Counted from the stretch's first letter, positions 9,728-20,316 are shown. The stretch: 63,856 bases of DNA from Thermodesulfobacteriota bacterium (GCA_042576125.1 JBHPCH010000001.1:1-63856); one strand, 5' to 3'. Notes: generated by a model from the letters alone, not told the origin. Numbers and translations: made by a program.

Positions 9728-12484
9728 TTAGTTAAAGGCTCCACCAATGCTGAATTCCCAGTTACTTGTATCTTCCCCTGGTAAGGGATCTATAACGTAT
9801 GCCCATTCAAGGCGTAAGGGTCCCATCGGTGATATCCAGCGAACACCGGCACCGACATTTTTCTTTATGTTATGAAAATCCCAGGCATTGTCATGTACAT
9901 TGCCGGCATCATAGAAGATAAGGCCCCGCAATCCACCATCCTTAATAAGCGGGAAGTGGTACTCAATATTCGTATACCACATGATTTGACCGCCAATTTC
10001 ATAGCCGGTAGCTGGGTCAATCACAGCAACAGTCCTTGATGGAAAACCACGTATGGAATTAATGCCCCCAAGGTAGAATTTTTCAAAGTCAGGGAGTTTA
10101 TTGGTCTCATTTTCCCAGACCTGGCCGGCGGCAATTTTATAGTGGAAGGAGGTTTCATCAAAGAAAAAACCAGGGAAGAACCAGCTGGTGGAGCCCTCTA
10201 ACTTTGTATACTGGCTGTCACCACCAAGTGCACCGCCGGCATACTCAACTCGAATAGTGTTTACCGAACCTGTGGTTGGTACATATAAATTATTACGTGT
10301 ATCGCGGGAAAAGCCCAGGGTGACAAAGCTCGTTGTGTTAACATTCATGGAGTAAATAATGGATGGGGCTGCATTTACCAGGTCCACATCGGTCAAGTTT
10401 GTATCATCAAAGCCGTAGGAAGTGGACATATGCCATTTCTCCCAGATCGGATAGCCGAACCGCAGACCGAACCCAGTAGAGTCCTTGGTGTAGGTATCAT
10501 AATCACGCTCCCAGTTGTAAAGGTCCACGCCCACCAGGAGTTTGGTATCATAAAAATGGGGCTCAGTAAAGCCAAGATTGTACCTGGCAGATCTGCTGCT
10601 GATAGATGCCTGCAATGCCATGTTCTGTCCACGGCCCAGAAAGTTTTTCTGGCTTATTTCGGCCATAAACATCAGGTTATCAACCGAACTGTAACCGCCG
10701 CCGATACTGAAGGCCCCAGTGGGTTTTTCTTTGACCTCAACAATGAGATCCATTTTTGTTTTATCTGAAGTGGGCTCCGGTGTAATGCTGACATCCTCAA
10801 AATAATCAATCCGTTGCAATCGTTGGTGGCTTTGGCGTAAAGCCTTTGAATCAAATATGTCCTGCTCTTTGTTTAAAATTTCCCGGCGGACAACTTTATC
10901 CCTGGTTCTGGTATTGCCCTGGATCACAATCCTGTTGATATAGACCAGATCACCCTTGTTAATATGAATATTTATATCAACCAGTTTTTTTTCTTTGTCT
11001 GTGTCTATAGTTGGGGTGGCTTCAGCAAATGCATAACCGTTTTCTGCGTAGTGATCATTTAAAGCGAGGATATCCTGACGCAGAATATTTCGGCTCAGGA
11101 ATTCTTCATCCCTGATTTTAAGCTGAGAGAGCAACTCTTCTTTTTCACCAATGAGGTCACCGGATAATTCGATGTTGCCCACCCTGTAACGATTGCCTTC
11201 AGAAATTTCAATGGTGATATAAAGCCATTTGTCTTCCTGGGTTACCTCCGGTTTTCCCACCATTGCTTCAATATATCCATGGTGGTGATAAAATCCCGCA
11301 ATTCTGGCAGCATCCTGTTCAAGGATTTCCCGTTTCAGTACTCCTGAGTCGGTGAACCATGACAAAAAGTCTTTTTCCTTGGTTCCCATGACTTTTTCAA
11401 GTTTGCTGTCTTTGAAAGAATCATTACCAACGAACCGTATTTCTTTAATAAAAACTTTATTGCCCTCTTCAATGACAAAGCGTACGTTGACCCTTTCCGG
11501 TTTTGGGTAAGTTAACTCTGTAGTCACCTCGGTGTTGTAAAACCCCTTGGATTTATAAAGGGAGCGGATATTGTCAACCGCCTCCCGAACCTTGTTGGGA
11601 TTGAGGATGGTGTTGGGCACTACTGATATGACTTCTCTGATTGCATCCTCTTTGAGCTCATCCTGACCTTGGATTGCAACCGTACCGATGACAGGTTTTT
11701 CCTTTACTTCAAAGATTATTTTTTTGCCCTTTTCGGTATCTTCGACCTTGAGGCGCACATCGTCAAAATAGCCCATTTTGAAAATGCTTTTTATGTCGTT
11801 ACGGAGTTGCTCAGGTATGTATAGGTCCCCTGACCGACTGCTAATACTTCTTAAAATTGCGCCGCTGTCAATCCTTTTGTTTCCTTCAGGAGCAATACTG
11901 GTGATGAGAAATGCACGGCCGGTATAGGATAGAATGTCAAAGGTTATTTTCTCCATTGACCGTTCAATATTTATTAATTCCTGGCCTTCAAGGTAATAGA
12001 ACGTCGGCGAGGCAGGGTTGATCAGGTCAAAAACTTTAATATCAATACTGACGCTATCACCAAGTTTTGTAAGGGATCCTGCTGCAATATAATCAACACC
12101 AGGGGCAACTTTTGAGCCGAATTCCTCAATTGTTTTAAAGTCAGGAGGCCAGGCAGCAGCATAGTCCAGATTTTTTTCTGCATCTATTCTTGACAGCACC
12201 TTAAATATTTTTTGACGGGCAAGGGTGGCCTCAAGGGTCTTTGCCATTGCAGCGTCAACCGTATCTGTCAAGCTTTCCTGGTCATCCGGGGTATTAATTT
12301 TTAAAGGCAGGATCATTGTGTTTGATTCTTCTGCTGCCAGGACCGGAATGGAGGTTGCGAAAGAAAGCATGGTGGCCAAGAGCATAATAAGAGCACAGGC
12401 GGCCAAGGAGATACATTTAATATTTGAAGGAAAAAAATCTTGTTTTTTTGCTTTCCTGAGTTGCTTCGTGATCATAAATTCCAT
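9728..12484 (-). CDS. bamA: Outer membrane protein assembly factor BamA with extra N-terminal domain
   Basis: 918 aa with a signal/anchor, repeated POTRA-like units (e.g. IKEIRFVGN, VGNIELSGD, INRIVIQGN), and a C-terminal Omp85 barrel ending ...WEFSIGGAFN. Confidence 0.9.
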   Translation of the reverse strand: MEFMITKQLRKAKKQDFFPSNIKCISLAACALIMLLATMLSFATSIPVLAAEESNTMILPLKINTPDDQESLTDTVDAAMAKTLEATLARQKIFKVLSRIDAEKNLDYAAAWPPDFKTIEEFGSKVAPGVDYIAAGSLTKLGDSVSIDIKVFDLINPASPTFYYLEGQELINIERSMEKITFDILSYTGRAFLITSIAPEGNKRIDSGAILRSISSRSGDLYIPEQLRNDIKSIFKMGYFDDVRLKVEDTEKGKKIIFEVKEKPVIGTVAIQGQDELKEDAIREVISVVPNTILNPNKVREAVDNIRSLYKSKGFYNTEVTTELTYPKPERVNVRFVIEEGNKVFIKEIRFVGNDSFKDSKLEKVMGTKEKDFLSWFTDSGVLKREILEQDAARIAGFYHHHGYIEAMVGKPEVTQEDKWLYITIEISEGNRYRVGNIELSGDLIGEKEELLSQLKIRDEEFLSRNILRQDILALNDHYAENGYAFAEATPTIDTDKEKKLVDINIHINKGDLVYINRIVIQGNTRTRDKVVRREILNKEQDIFDSKALRQSHQRLQRIDYFEDVSITPEPTSDKTKMDLIVEVKEKPTGAFSIGGGYSSVDNLMFMAEISQKNFLGRGQNMALQASISSRSARYNLGFTEPHFYDTKLLVGVDLYNWERDYDTYTKDSTGFGLRFGYPIWEKWHMSTSYGFDDTNLTDVDLVNAAPSIIYSMNVNTTSFVTLGFSRDTRNNLYVPTTGSVNTIRVEYAGGALGGDSQYTKLEGSTSWFFPGFFFDETSFHYKIAAGQVWENETNKLPDFEKFYLGGINSIRGFPSRTVAVIDPATGYEIGGQIMWYTNIEYHFPLIKDGGLRGLIFYDAGNVHDNAWDFHNIKKNVGAGVRWISPMGPLRLEWAYVIDPLPGEDTSNWEFSIGGAFN

Positions 12485-12663
12485 TTTGGGGCCTTCTATT
12501 CGTTTTTATCTGTTACCAGTGTCTTGTTGCAATTGCTATAGTATTCACCAATGAATTGTATATAGGGAATATCCTGCTAAAAGCAGCAGAGATCTGCTTC
12601 TTTATTAAGCTGGTTAGCTTTAGCGTATACAGTCGGATTAGTCAACTGTCATCACTCTACTGT

Positions 12664-13392
12664 TTAGGAAGACGTGTCATTTAAAAGTTTGGCCACTTCT
12701 TCCTGCAGAATTTTTGCCAGGGCATGCTTATCCTTTGAGGTCCGGCCCTTTGTTGCAATGGGTTCTCCAACGCGGATAGTCACATTCCCTGGATTTATTA
12801 AAAGCTTACCCTTGGGCAAAATTTCATAGGTTCCTTTAATGGCCACCGGCACAATATCCACACCGGATTTAATTGCCAGCACCATGGCACCGGCTTTGAA
12901 GTCCTGCATTATGCCGTTTGGGGTTCTAGTGCCTTCGGGGAAGATGATAACCGAAGTTCCTGCAGCAATTTTCAGTGCAGCCTCGCCAAGGCTTTTCAGG
13001 GCTTGCCTGCCCCGAGACCGGTCAACAGGAATATAGCCCGCTTTGCGCATGGCAGGTCCCCAGATGGGCACCCGGAAAAGTTCTTTTTTAGCCATCCAGC
13101 GGAAATCGACACCCAAAAATCCCTGCAGGGCAAAAATATCAAACTGGCTCTGGTGGTTTGCTGCAAAAATATAAGGTTTGCCGGAGTCAAGTTTTTCTGT
13201 TCCGGTTACTGAAACAGAGACTCCTGCTGCAGTACAGATAGACTTGGCCCACCATGCTGCCAAACCTTGCACTGAAGCGGCATCCCTGCGTAAAACCAAA
13301 GTCCAGAGAAGGGTCAAAATGCTGATAAGCAGGGTGAGAAATAAGGCAAAAGGTATAACTAATAATGCTCGGAGAAGGCGATATAAATTCAT
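12664..13392 (-). CDS. plsC: 1-acyl-sn-glycerol-3-phosphate acyltransferase
   Basis: 242 aa with an N-terminal TM segment, the acyltransferase HX4D motif (NHQSQFD) and the FPEGTR motif. Confidence 0.8.
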   Translation of the reverse strand: MNLYRLLRALLVIPFALFLTLLISILTLLWTLVLRRDAASVQGLAAWWAKSICTAAGVSVSVTGTEKLDSGKPYIFAANHQSQFDIFALQGFLGVDFRWMAKKELFRVPIWGPAMRKAGYIPVDRSRGRQALKSLGEAALKIAAGTSVIIFPEGTRTPNGIMQDFKAGAMVLAIKSGVDIVPVAIKGTYEILPKGKLLINPGNVTIRVGEPIATKGRTSKDKHALAKILQEEVAKLLNDTSS

Positions 13393-13405
13393 CAGGCTAT
13401 AGGGA

Positions 13406-14590
13406 TTATTGAATCTCTTTCATCGGTGCGATACCGTCCCTCTGGATGTTATCAAGCAATTTTTCGGGAGTATTCATGAACATTTCTGCCAGTATTTCAG
13501 ACGGGTCGACCGGTTTCTGTCCGGTATGCTGTGAACCCGGGTCTTTGCTGCTGAAGGAGGAAAACAGGTTCAAGTGCTCCCAACGCGTAAGGTAGTACTC
13601 AATTAAGGAAGGTAACTCTGTAAAAACACTCGCCTGGGGTTTAGGGTCGACAAAGCTGGAATTTTGCAGTTTTTTGCAGGAAAGGGTCTGCGTTTTGTAA
13701 AAGTTCTCCAGAAATATCATTTCTTGCGGCATATGGGCCTTATATCCTATACGGTTAAAAAGCTTTATAACCCCACTCATGAAATTATTACCGTTTTTAG
13801 CCAACTGATATGGAATATATATTTCTCTCGGGGTCTTGAGGTTCATATAAGACTTAATGGTCAGAATGAGCTGGGCAAGATCAACAGGTAGCGGATCAAC
13901 AAAGTGATAATGCTGCCCTGAAAACTCCTCGTTGTTTTTTAAAACGTGGTGAATAAAATAGGGGACCTTGCTCGCGTTGGAGTAGGAGTGAAGCACGCCC
14001 TTTTTTTTAGTCAGCATGAATGGCATGGCCCTGTCAACCACATTAAATAAAAGCCGGTTAATGCCCTGGATTTTATGATCGTGCGCACCATAAACGACGC
14101 CTAAGCGTATGAGGGTATATCGCAGGCCATGCTTTTCATGCATCTTCCTTAAAGTCATCTCAGTCATCAGCTTTGACTTGGCATAATTTGAAAGGGAAGA
14201 ATCCAGGGGCAGGTGGTCCTCTTCAGTCAGGTTCTCCCCAGACGGCAAAGTGGCGGCTGAACTCATGTGAATATAAGGGATATCCAGGGCAAGTGCTGCG
14301 CGCGCTAGGTTAATGCTGCCCAGGTAGTTGACTTCATATGACAGTAAGGCATCGCTTCTTATTGTCGTGATAGCACAATTAATAACAAAATCAGGCTTAT
14401 TTCTTTTAAAATAACCGACGATGTCATCGAATTGGCGGAGACTCAGTTTTTTGCTATTAGGGGATCTGACATCAATTTCAGGTGTTTTGGTTTTAAAATA
14501 ATGCAGCAGATAACCGCCGATGAGGCCTGAGCCCCCGATGATCAAACCGTTCAACTTAGGGGATGTTTCAGAATTATCCATATCTTTCAT
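13406..14590 (-). CDS. NAD-dependent epimerase/dehydratase-family (extended SDR) protein with C-terminal extension
   Basis: Rossmann motif GGSGLIGG near the N-terminus and catalytic YxxxK (YAKSK). The protein is 394 aa; its substrate cannot be inferred from sequence. Confidence 0.6.
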   Translation of the reverse strand: MKDMDNSETSPKLNGLIIGGSGLIGGYLLHYFKTKTPEIDVRSPNSKKLSLRQFDDIVGYFKRNKPDFVINCAITTIRSDALLSYEVNYLGSINLARAALALDIPYIHMSSAATLPSGENLTEEDHLPLDSSLSNYAKSKLMTEMTLRKMHEKHGLRYTLIRLGVVYGAHDHKIQGINRLLFNVVDRAMPFMLTKKKGVLHSYSNASKVPYFIHHVLKNNEEFSGQHYHFVDPLPVDLAQLILTIKSYMNLKTPREIYIPYQLAKNGNNFMSGVIKLFNRIGYKAHMPQEMIFLENFYKTQTLSCKKLQNSSFVDPKPQASVFTELPSLIEYYLTRWEHLNLFSSFSSKDPGSQHTGQKPVDPSEILAEMFMNTPEKLLDNIQRDGIAPMKEIQ

Positions 14591-14864
14591 TGAGTATACT
14601 TTTCTATGTTTGATTTTATAGTGTTTTTATAATGCCTGCATTCAATCTGAATCCCGGGGAAGCCTTTGTATAGGTAGTTCTTCCGGTATGCTCCTGAATG
14701 TATGTTCAATGTACTTACCCTCTCTATAATTCGAAGTCAAGTTGAAGCTTGAGCAGCACCTTATACTGTAATTGTTGCCATCTATAGTCTATTGCAGTAA
14801 GAAAAATCAAACAGGGGCGAATTTTTCCAGAAAAAATAAATTATACCCGGGATTTTAATGAAAT

Positions 14865-16232
14865 ATGCAGGATGATCAAAAAAGCAGACTCCGTTGTTTT
14901 AAAGCCTATGATATTCGGGGCCGGGTTCCTGATGAATTAAATGAGGATCTGGCATTTAAAATAGGACAGGCCTTTGCCTCTTTTTTAAAAGCAAGCCGTG
15001 TTGTGGTCGGATACGATATCCGTCTGTCGAGCAAAGATTTGGTATCTGCCCTGTCTCAGGGATTGATGACCGGCGGAACAGAGGTGCTCGACATCGGACT
15101 CTGTGGCACAGAAGAGGTATATTATGCAACAGGAGCCCTTGATGCTGATGGGGGCATAATGGTGACCGCTAGCCACAACCCGGCAGAATATAACGGCATG
15201 AAATTTGTGCGCAGCAAGGCCAGGCCCATAAGCAGTGATACAGGGTTGATGGAAATAAGAAAAATGGTGCAGGATGGTTCCTTTATAAAAGGAAAGGCAT
15301 CAGGAGCCATTCGCAAGGTAAAGATTCGTGACCGTTATATAGAACACATACTGAGCTATATAGAAGCAGACTCCCTGCAACCGCTAAGGGCTGTGGTCAA
15401 TGCCGGGAACGGATGCGCAGGCCCGGTAATTGATCTACTTGAAAAAAGATTGCCCATTACATTTATTAAGCTACAGCATGAACCGGACGGCAGTTTCCCC
15501 CATGGAGTTCCTAATCCTTTGCTTCCAGATAACAGGGAAAATACAGCAAGAGCAGTCATCCAGGAGAAAGCTGATATCGGTATTGCCTGGGATGGTGATT
15601 TTGACCGATGCTTCCTGTTTGATGAAAAGGGGGCCTTTGTGGAAGGATATTACCTGGTGGGGTTACTTGCTCAGGAGATGTTGCGTGAAAGAACTAAACC
15701 ACAGAAGATAATTCATGATCCCAGACTGGTCTGGAACACGAGGGAAATTGTCAGCAGGGAGGGGCATGTTCCGGTGCTGGCCAGAACCGGGCATGCCTTT
15801 ATTAAGGATAAGATGAGAGCCGAGGATGCGCTCTATGGCGGCGAAATGTCCGGGCATCATTATTTCAGGGATTTTAATTACTGTGATTCCGGCATGATTC
15901 CATGGCTGCTTGTCTGGCAGCTTATGAGCAGGACCCAAATGACACTGTCGGAAATGCTCGCTGAACGCATGCTCCGTTTTCCTGTGAGCGGTGAGATTAA
16001 CCGTTTAGTAGATGACCCTGATGCAGTAATTGCGCGTATTGAAAAGCTCTACAGTGATACGCCTTGTGAAATGGATTACACCGATGGTTTAAGTGTTGCC
16101 TGTAATGATTACCGTTTTAACGTGCGGAAATCAAACACCGAGCCCCTGCTGCGGCTCAACGTTGAAAGCCGGGGTGATCATGCCCTGATGCAGGCCAAAA
16201 CCGAAGAACTGCTGCAGTTGATTGAAGGCTAG
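14865..16232 (+). CDS. manB: Phosphomannomutase/phosphoglucomutase
   Basis: 455 aa. FKAYDIRG N-terminus, active-site [23 protein letters not shown] metal loop; collinear with enterobacterial ManB/CpsG. Confidence 0.85.
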   Translation: MQDDQKSRLRCFKAYDIRGRVPDELNEDLAFKIGQAFASFLKASRVVVGYDIRLSSKDLVSALSQGLMTGGTEVLDIGLCGTEEVYYATGALDADGGIMVTASHNPAEYNGMKFVRSKARPISSDTGLMEIRKMVQDGSFIKGKASGAIRKVKIRDRYIEHILSYIEADSLQPLRAVVNAGNGCAGPVIDLLEKRLPITFIKLQHEPDGSFPHGVPNPLLPDNRENTARAVIQEKADIGIAWDGDFDRCFLFDEKGAFVEGYYLVGLLAQEMLRERTKPQKIIHDPRLVWNTREIVSREGHVPVLARTGHAFIKDKMRAEDALYGGEMSGHHYFRDFNYCDSGMIPWLLVWQLMSRTQMTLSEMLAERMLRFPVSGEINRLVDDPDAVIARIEKLYSDTPCEMDYTDGLSVACNDYRFNVRKSNTEPLLRLNVESRGDHALMQAKTEELLQLIEG

Positions 16233-18454
16233 ATCCCATCGATTATATCATTAAAAGTTCTACTCGGCCTCATTGCCTGGACGGCCTTGTCTTGATCCGG
16301 CCGGTAATAACCACCAATATCAACCGGTTGGCCCTGAGCGCTATTGAGTTCACCTATAATTTTTTCTTCATTCTCACCAAGCTTTTCTGCCACTTCAGTA
16401 AAACGTGCATGCAATTCGCTGTCACTGTCCTGCTCAGCCAGTGTCTGTGCCCAGTATAATGCCAGGTAGAATTGGCTGCCACGGGTATCCAGCTCATGCA
16501 CCTTGCGGGAAGGCGATTTTTCGTTTTCCAGAAACCGGCCTATTGCCCGGTCAAGGGTCTGAGCAAAAATCATGGCCTTTTCATTCTTGAATGTATTGTA
16601 AATATGCTCGAACGAAGGGACAAGGGCACAGAATTCGCCAAGTGAGTCCCAGCGCAGATGCCCTTCCTGGAGAAACTGCTGGACATGTTTGGGAGCAGAG
16701 CCGCCTGCCCCGGTCTCAAACAATCCCCCACCGCTCATAAGCGGTACGATTGACAACATTTTGGCACTGGTGCCCAACTCAAGGATCGGGAACAGGTCGG
16801 TGAGATAGTCACGCAGAACATTGCCGGTTACCGCAATGGTATCTTCACCCTTCCTGATCCTGGCAAGGGAGATGCGCATCGCTTCCACCGGATGCAGAAT
16901 ACGGATATCCAGCCCGGATGTATTGTGTTCAGGCAGATAGGTTTTGACCTTTGCAATAATCTCGGCATCGTGGCTCCTGTTTTCATCGAGCCAGAAGATC
17001 GCAGGGTCACCCGTCGTCCTGGCCCTGGTTACCGCCAGCTTGACCCAGTCCCTGATTGGTGCATCCTTTGTCTGGCACGACCTGAATATATCTCCTTCTT
17101 CCACATGCTGCTCGATCATGGTCATGCCGGAGTTATCAACAACACGGATCGTGCCTTCAGCCGGAGCCAGAAATGTCTTGTCGTGGGAGCCGTATTCCTC
17201 TGCTTTTTGCGCCATCAAGCCCACATTGGAAACACTCCCCATGGTGGCAGGATCAAAGGCTCCATGTTGTTTGCAATCCTCAACGACCTCCTGATAAATT
17301 GTTGCATAGCACCTGTCAGGCACCATGGCAATGCAGTCGTGGAGTTGGTCGTCCGGCCCCCACATTCTACCGCCGTCACGAATGAAGACGGGCATGGAAG
17401 CATCAACAATGACGTTGTTGGGGACATGCAGATTGGTTATGCCCTTGCTGGAATCTACCATGGCCAGTTTTGGATGCGTCTGGTATAAAGCTTCTATGTC
17501 AGCTTCTATCTCTTCTTTTTTTGATTCCGGCAGGCTCTGGATTTTAGTATAGAGATCCTCCAGACCATTGTTGATATTAACCCCCAGTTCTTCAATAAGA
17601 GCCTCATGTTTTTTAAAAATTTCCCTGTAGAAGACTGCGACACAGTGACCGAACATGATCGGATCCGAGACTTTCATCATTGTAGCCTTTAGGTGCAAAG
17701 ACAACAGGACTCCGTCGTTTTGGGCTGCAGCAATCTGTTCCTCATAAAATTTGCGCAGAGCACGGACATTCATGCACGAGGCATCAACAACTTCCCCGGC
17801 CTTTAGATCGATCTTTTCCTTAAGCACGGTTCTTTGTCCATCGTTTCCGACAAACTCAATCCGTGCCTCGCAAGCATCATTGAGCACAATGGATTTTTCA
17901 CTGGCGTAGAAATCGCCGGCTGTCATGTGTGCGACACGGGATTTTGATCCCACGGGCCACTCCTTCATTAAACGATGCGGATTTTTGCGGCCAAACATTT
18001 TGACTGATGCCGCTGCCCGCCTGTCAGAGTTGCCTTCTCTTAAAACAGGGTTAACAGCACTTCCGAGCACTTTAGCATATCGTTCCTGCAGTTTTTTTTC
18101 GGCATCCGTTTGGGGCTCTTCGGGATAGTCTGGAATAGTGTACCCCTTTTCCTGTAGCTCTTTGATCGCTGCTTTTAACTGCGGAATGGAAGCACTGATG
18201 TTTGGCAGTTTGATAATATTGGTCTGCGCCAGTTTGACGAGATCGCCGAGTTCAGTAAGGAAATCAGGAATTTTCTGGTTTTCGGTCAGGGATTCAGGAA
18301 AGTTTGCAACGATTCTGCCGGCCAGGGAGATATCTTTTTTTACAAAGACGACTCCGGAATCCTTTGTATAGGCCTGGAGAATAGGAAGCAGGGAATAGGT
18401 TGCCAGGGCGGGGGCTTCATCGATTTCTGTATATATAATGGTTTGTGCTGTCAT
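16229..18454 (-). CDS. icd: Isocitrate dehydrogenase (NADP), monomeric type
   Basis: 741 aa, the size typical of monomeric IDH, with the characteristic N-terminus ([20 protein letters not shown]). Confidence 0.9.
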   Translation of the reverse strand: MTAQTIIYTEIDEAPALATYSLLPILQAYTKDSGVVFVKKDISLAGRIVANFPESLTENQKIPDFLTELGDLVKLAQTNIIKLPNISASIPQLKAAIKELQEKGYTIPDYPEEPQTDAEKKLQERYAKVLGSAVNPVLREGNSDRRAAASVKMFGRKNPHRLMKEWPVGSKSRVAHMTAGDFYASEKSIVLNDACEARIEFVGNDGQRTVLKEKIDLKAGEVVDASCMNVRALRKFYEEQIAAAQNDGVLLSLHLKATMMKVSDPIMFGHCVAVFYREIFKKHEALIEELGVNINNGLEDLYTKIQSLPESKKEEIEADIEALYQTHPKLAMVDSSKGITNLHVPNNVIVDASMPVFIRDGGRMWGPDDQLHDCIAMVPDRCYATIYQEVVEDCKQHGAFDPATMGSVSNVGLMAQKAEEYGSHDKTFLAPAEGTIRVVDNSGMTMIEQHVEEGDIFRSCQTKDAPIRDWVKLAVTRARTTGDPAIFWLDENRSHDAEIIAKVKTYLPEHNTSGLDIRILHPVEAMRISLARIRKGEDTIAVTGNVLRDYLTDLFPILELGTSAKMLSIVPLMSGGGLFETGAGGSAPKHVQQFLQEGHLRWDSLGEFCALVPSFEHIYNTFKNEKAMIFAQTLDRAIGRFLENEKSPSRKVHELDTRGSQFYLALYWAQTLAEQDSDSELHARFTEVAEKLGENEEKIIGELNSAQGQPVDIGGYYRPDQDKAVQAMRPSRTFNDIIDGI

Positions 18455-18706
18455 GATCTTTCCTTAATTTATGAGTGACATATTGGTGGCCCAAAAAAAC
18501 TAGTAAAAAACTACAAATATCTGAGCTGGATCACAAGGAACTGTCCTGTTATTGTTTATAACAATCGCCAGCTAAAAGCTACTTATCTGTGACAAAAGAG
18601 CAGCAAGAATTAGCACATACGATCTCTGATTGCAATTGTGAATAACACTAAAATTCCCCTCAATGTTAAACAGGGGCTGAGCGGTCGTTGATTTTAAGCT
18701 TAAAAA

Positions 18707-18747
18707 CTGTCCGCATCGGGTTTTCCGATGCCGACAAATATGAATAA
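18707..18747 (+). repeat. Repeat unit 1: conserved hairpin followed by a DnaA-box-like motif
   Basis: CTGTCCGCATCGGGTTTTCCGATGCCGACAAATATGAATAA. Stem GTCCGCATCGG/CCGATGCCGAC with one C-C mismatch, then TATGAATAA. Confidence 0.6.
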
Positions 18748-18810
18748 ACCTTAAATTTTTCTGCAATAAGAAACAGGGTCTGTACTATCAATTAGTAATA
18801 GGTGTAACTT

Positions 18811-18852
18811 CTGTCCGCATCGTTTTCTGGCGATGCAGACAATTGTGAATAA
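18811..18852 (+). repeat. Repeat unit 2: conserved hairpin followed by a DnaA-box-like motif
   Basis: CTGTCCGCATCGTTTTCTGGCGATGCAGACAATTGTGAATAA. It has the same stem as unit 1, mismatched at the same position, then TGTGAATAA (one mismatch to TGTGGATAA). Confidence 0.6.
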
Positions 18853-19639
18853 TCTTTGTCGATGTGGAAAAGATATCCGGGATATAATGAACACTATTTT
18901 CAGGAAAGAATTTTGGCAGGCCTTCAGAGATGTCATTTTTCCGGCGAGCTGCCTTTGTTGCGGTGCAGGATTGAAAAGATACAATGGAATTTCTTTTTGT
19001 CAGATATGTCTGCAGAATGTCAGTTTAATTCAGGAACCATTCTGCACAACATGCGGTAAACCGTTTGATAGGAGTGCAGGCGAGAGTCATCTCTGTTCCT
19101 TTTGCCTGAAGAAAAGATGGTATTTTACCCAGGCAAGAGCCGTTGTGTGTTACCAAGGGCCAGTGGCAGCGGCTGTAAAAAATTTTAAATACAATGGCAG
19201 GATGTACGGACTTGAAACCTTCGCAGCCTTGACAGGACAATATTATTTGCATCACCCCCAGCCGGAACCGGACCTGATTCTACCAGTGCCGCTTCATCCA
19301 AGGCGCTTGCGAAAGAGGGGGTTTAATCAGTCCCTGGTTCTCTGCAGAAAATTATTTTCAAAGAGTAAAGCAAAAATTAATCCCCTTGTTTTGGAGCGTT
19401 CACATTGGACCCGTCCTCAAACAGGGTTAAACGGGGCAGAGCGAAGAAGGAATGTCAGAAATGCTTTCAGTGTAAAAAATCCTGAGAATTTAAAAAATAA
19501 AAGAATTCTCCTGGTGGATGATGTTTTCACTACGGGTTCAACCGTAAATGAGTGTGCCAAAGTTCTTTTAAAAAATAAGGCAATTGAAGTGGAAGTTTTT
19601 ACTTTTGCAAGAGTTGCTGACCGGCAAATTTATTTTTAA
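18833..19639 (+). CDS. comF: ComF family protein (phosphoribosyltransferase-like)
   Basis: N-terminal Cys pairs (CLCCG...CxxC, CTTCG...CSFC) and a C-terminal PRTase motif ILLVDDVFTTGST. The track start at 18833 overlaps repeat unit 2, so the in-frame ATG at 18887 (MNTIFRKEF...) is the more likely start. Confidence 0.75.
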   Translation: MQTIVNNLCRCGKDIRDIMNTIFRKEFWQAFRDVIFPASCLCCGAGLKRYNGISFCQICLQNVSLIQEPFCTTCGKPFDRSAGESHLCSFCLKKRWYFTQARAVVCYQGPVAAAVKNFKYNGRMYGLETFAALTGQYYLHHPQPEPDLILPVPLHPRRLRKRGFNQSLVLCRKLFSKSKAKINPLVLERSHWTRPQTGLNGAERRRNVRNAFSVKNPENLKNKRILLVDDVFTTGSTVNECAKVLLKNKAIEVEVFTFARVADRQIYF

Positions 19640-19800
19640 CTATATTTCCTGTCCTCAAGTATCTCAATAACCAGAAGAGAATAGTGAGGACTATGGGGAA
19701 AGGCAGAAAAAGCCTAGCACAAAAATGGAGCTTTTGCAAAAATGTTCATTTTATCATAAGTTTAGCAACATGTACCACAAAGTGGCATATTATTGTGCAG

Positions 19801-19860
19801 AAAAAGAATTAATATATATTTTTTGAATTTATTTTTAAAAAAACAGAAAAAATAGATTTT
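19801..19860. other. AT-rich tract (55 of 60 nt A/T), candidate DNA-unwinding element of oriC
   Basis: AAAAAGAATTAATATATATTTTTTGAATTTATTTTTAAAAAAACAGAAAAAATAGATTTT lies within the 677-bp non-coding gap upstream of dnaA. Only weak DnaA boxes are nearby. Confidence 0.3.
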
Positions 19861-20316
19861 GGGAGCAATATGGAGATATTTTGAGTAAACAGGACATAAT
19901 TGTTTATTAACATTTTTTATAAACCGGTCACCCCGTTCCATAACCCCATATAATCTTAATACAAATTTAAAATTTCAGAAAAGCATGATTTTTTGGGCAA
20001 TTAGCAGTTATGCTTTCTGCAAAACCAGCAATAGACTGCAATAGTAAATTGTTGAAAACTATCTTGGTCCTAATATTAAAATCATTGTAAATCGTCTTTG
20101 ACTGGCATCCGACTTTCTATTACAAAAAATGTCAAAGGAGAAAACAGGAGAACGGGCAAAATCATCTGTTCTATCACTTTCCGTTTCATATCCTCTGAAG
20201 TAAAAAAAACGACATAGCAATGCATTTTGGTAAAGAATTATGCAGTTGGGAAAGAACAAATTATCCGGACAAAATTTTTATTGTCCTAATTTTAGATTCT
20301 GGATGGAGTTGTCTTA

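Noticed and set aside
16892-17488. 198-aa plus-strand ORF, plus neighbours at 16944-17552
   Set aside because: They are antisense to monomeric icd; shadow ORFs.
18833-18886. N-terminal 18 codons of the comF ORF as given in the track
   Set aside because: This stretch overlaps the second hairpin repeat unit, and the in-frame ATG at 18887 gives a normal ComF N-terminus. The extension is probably not translated.
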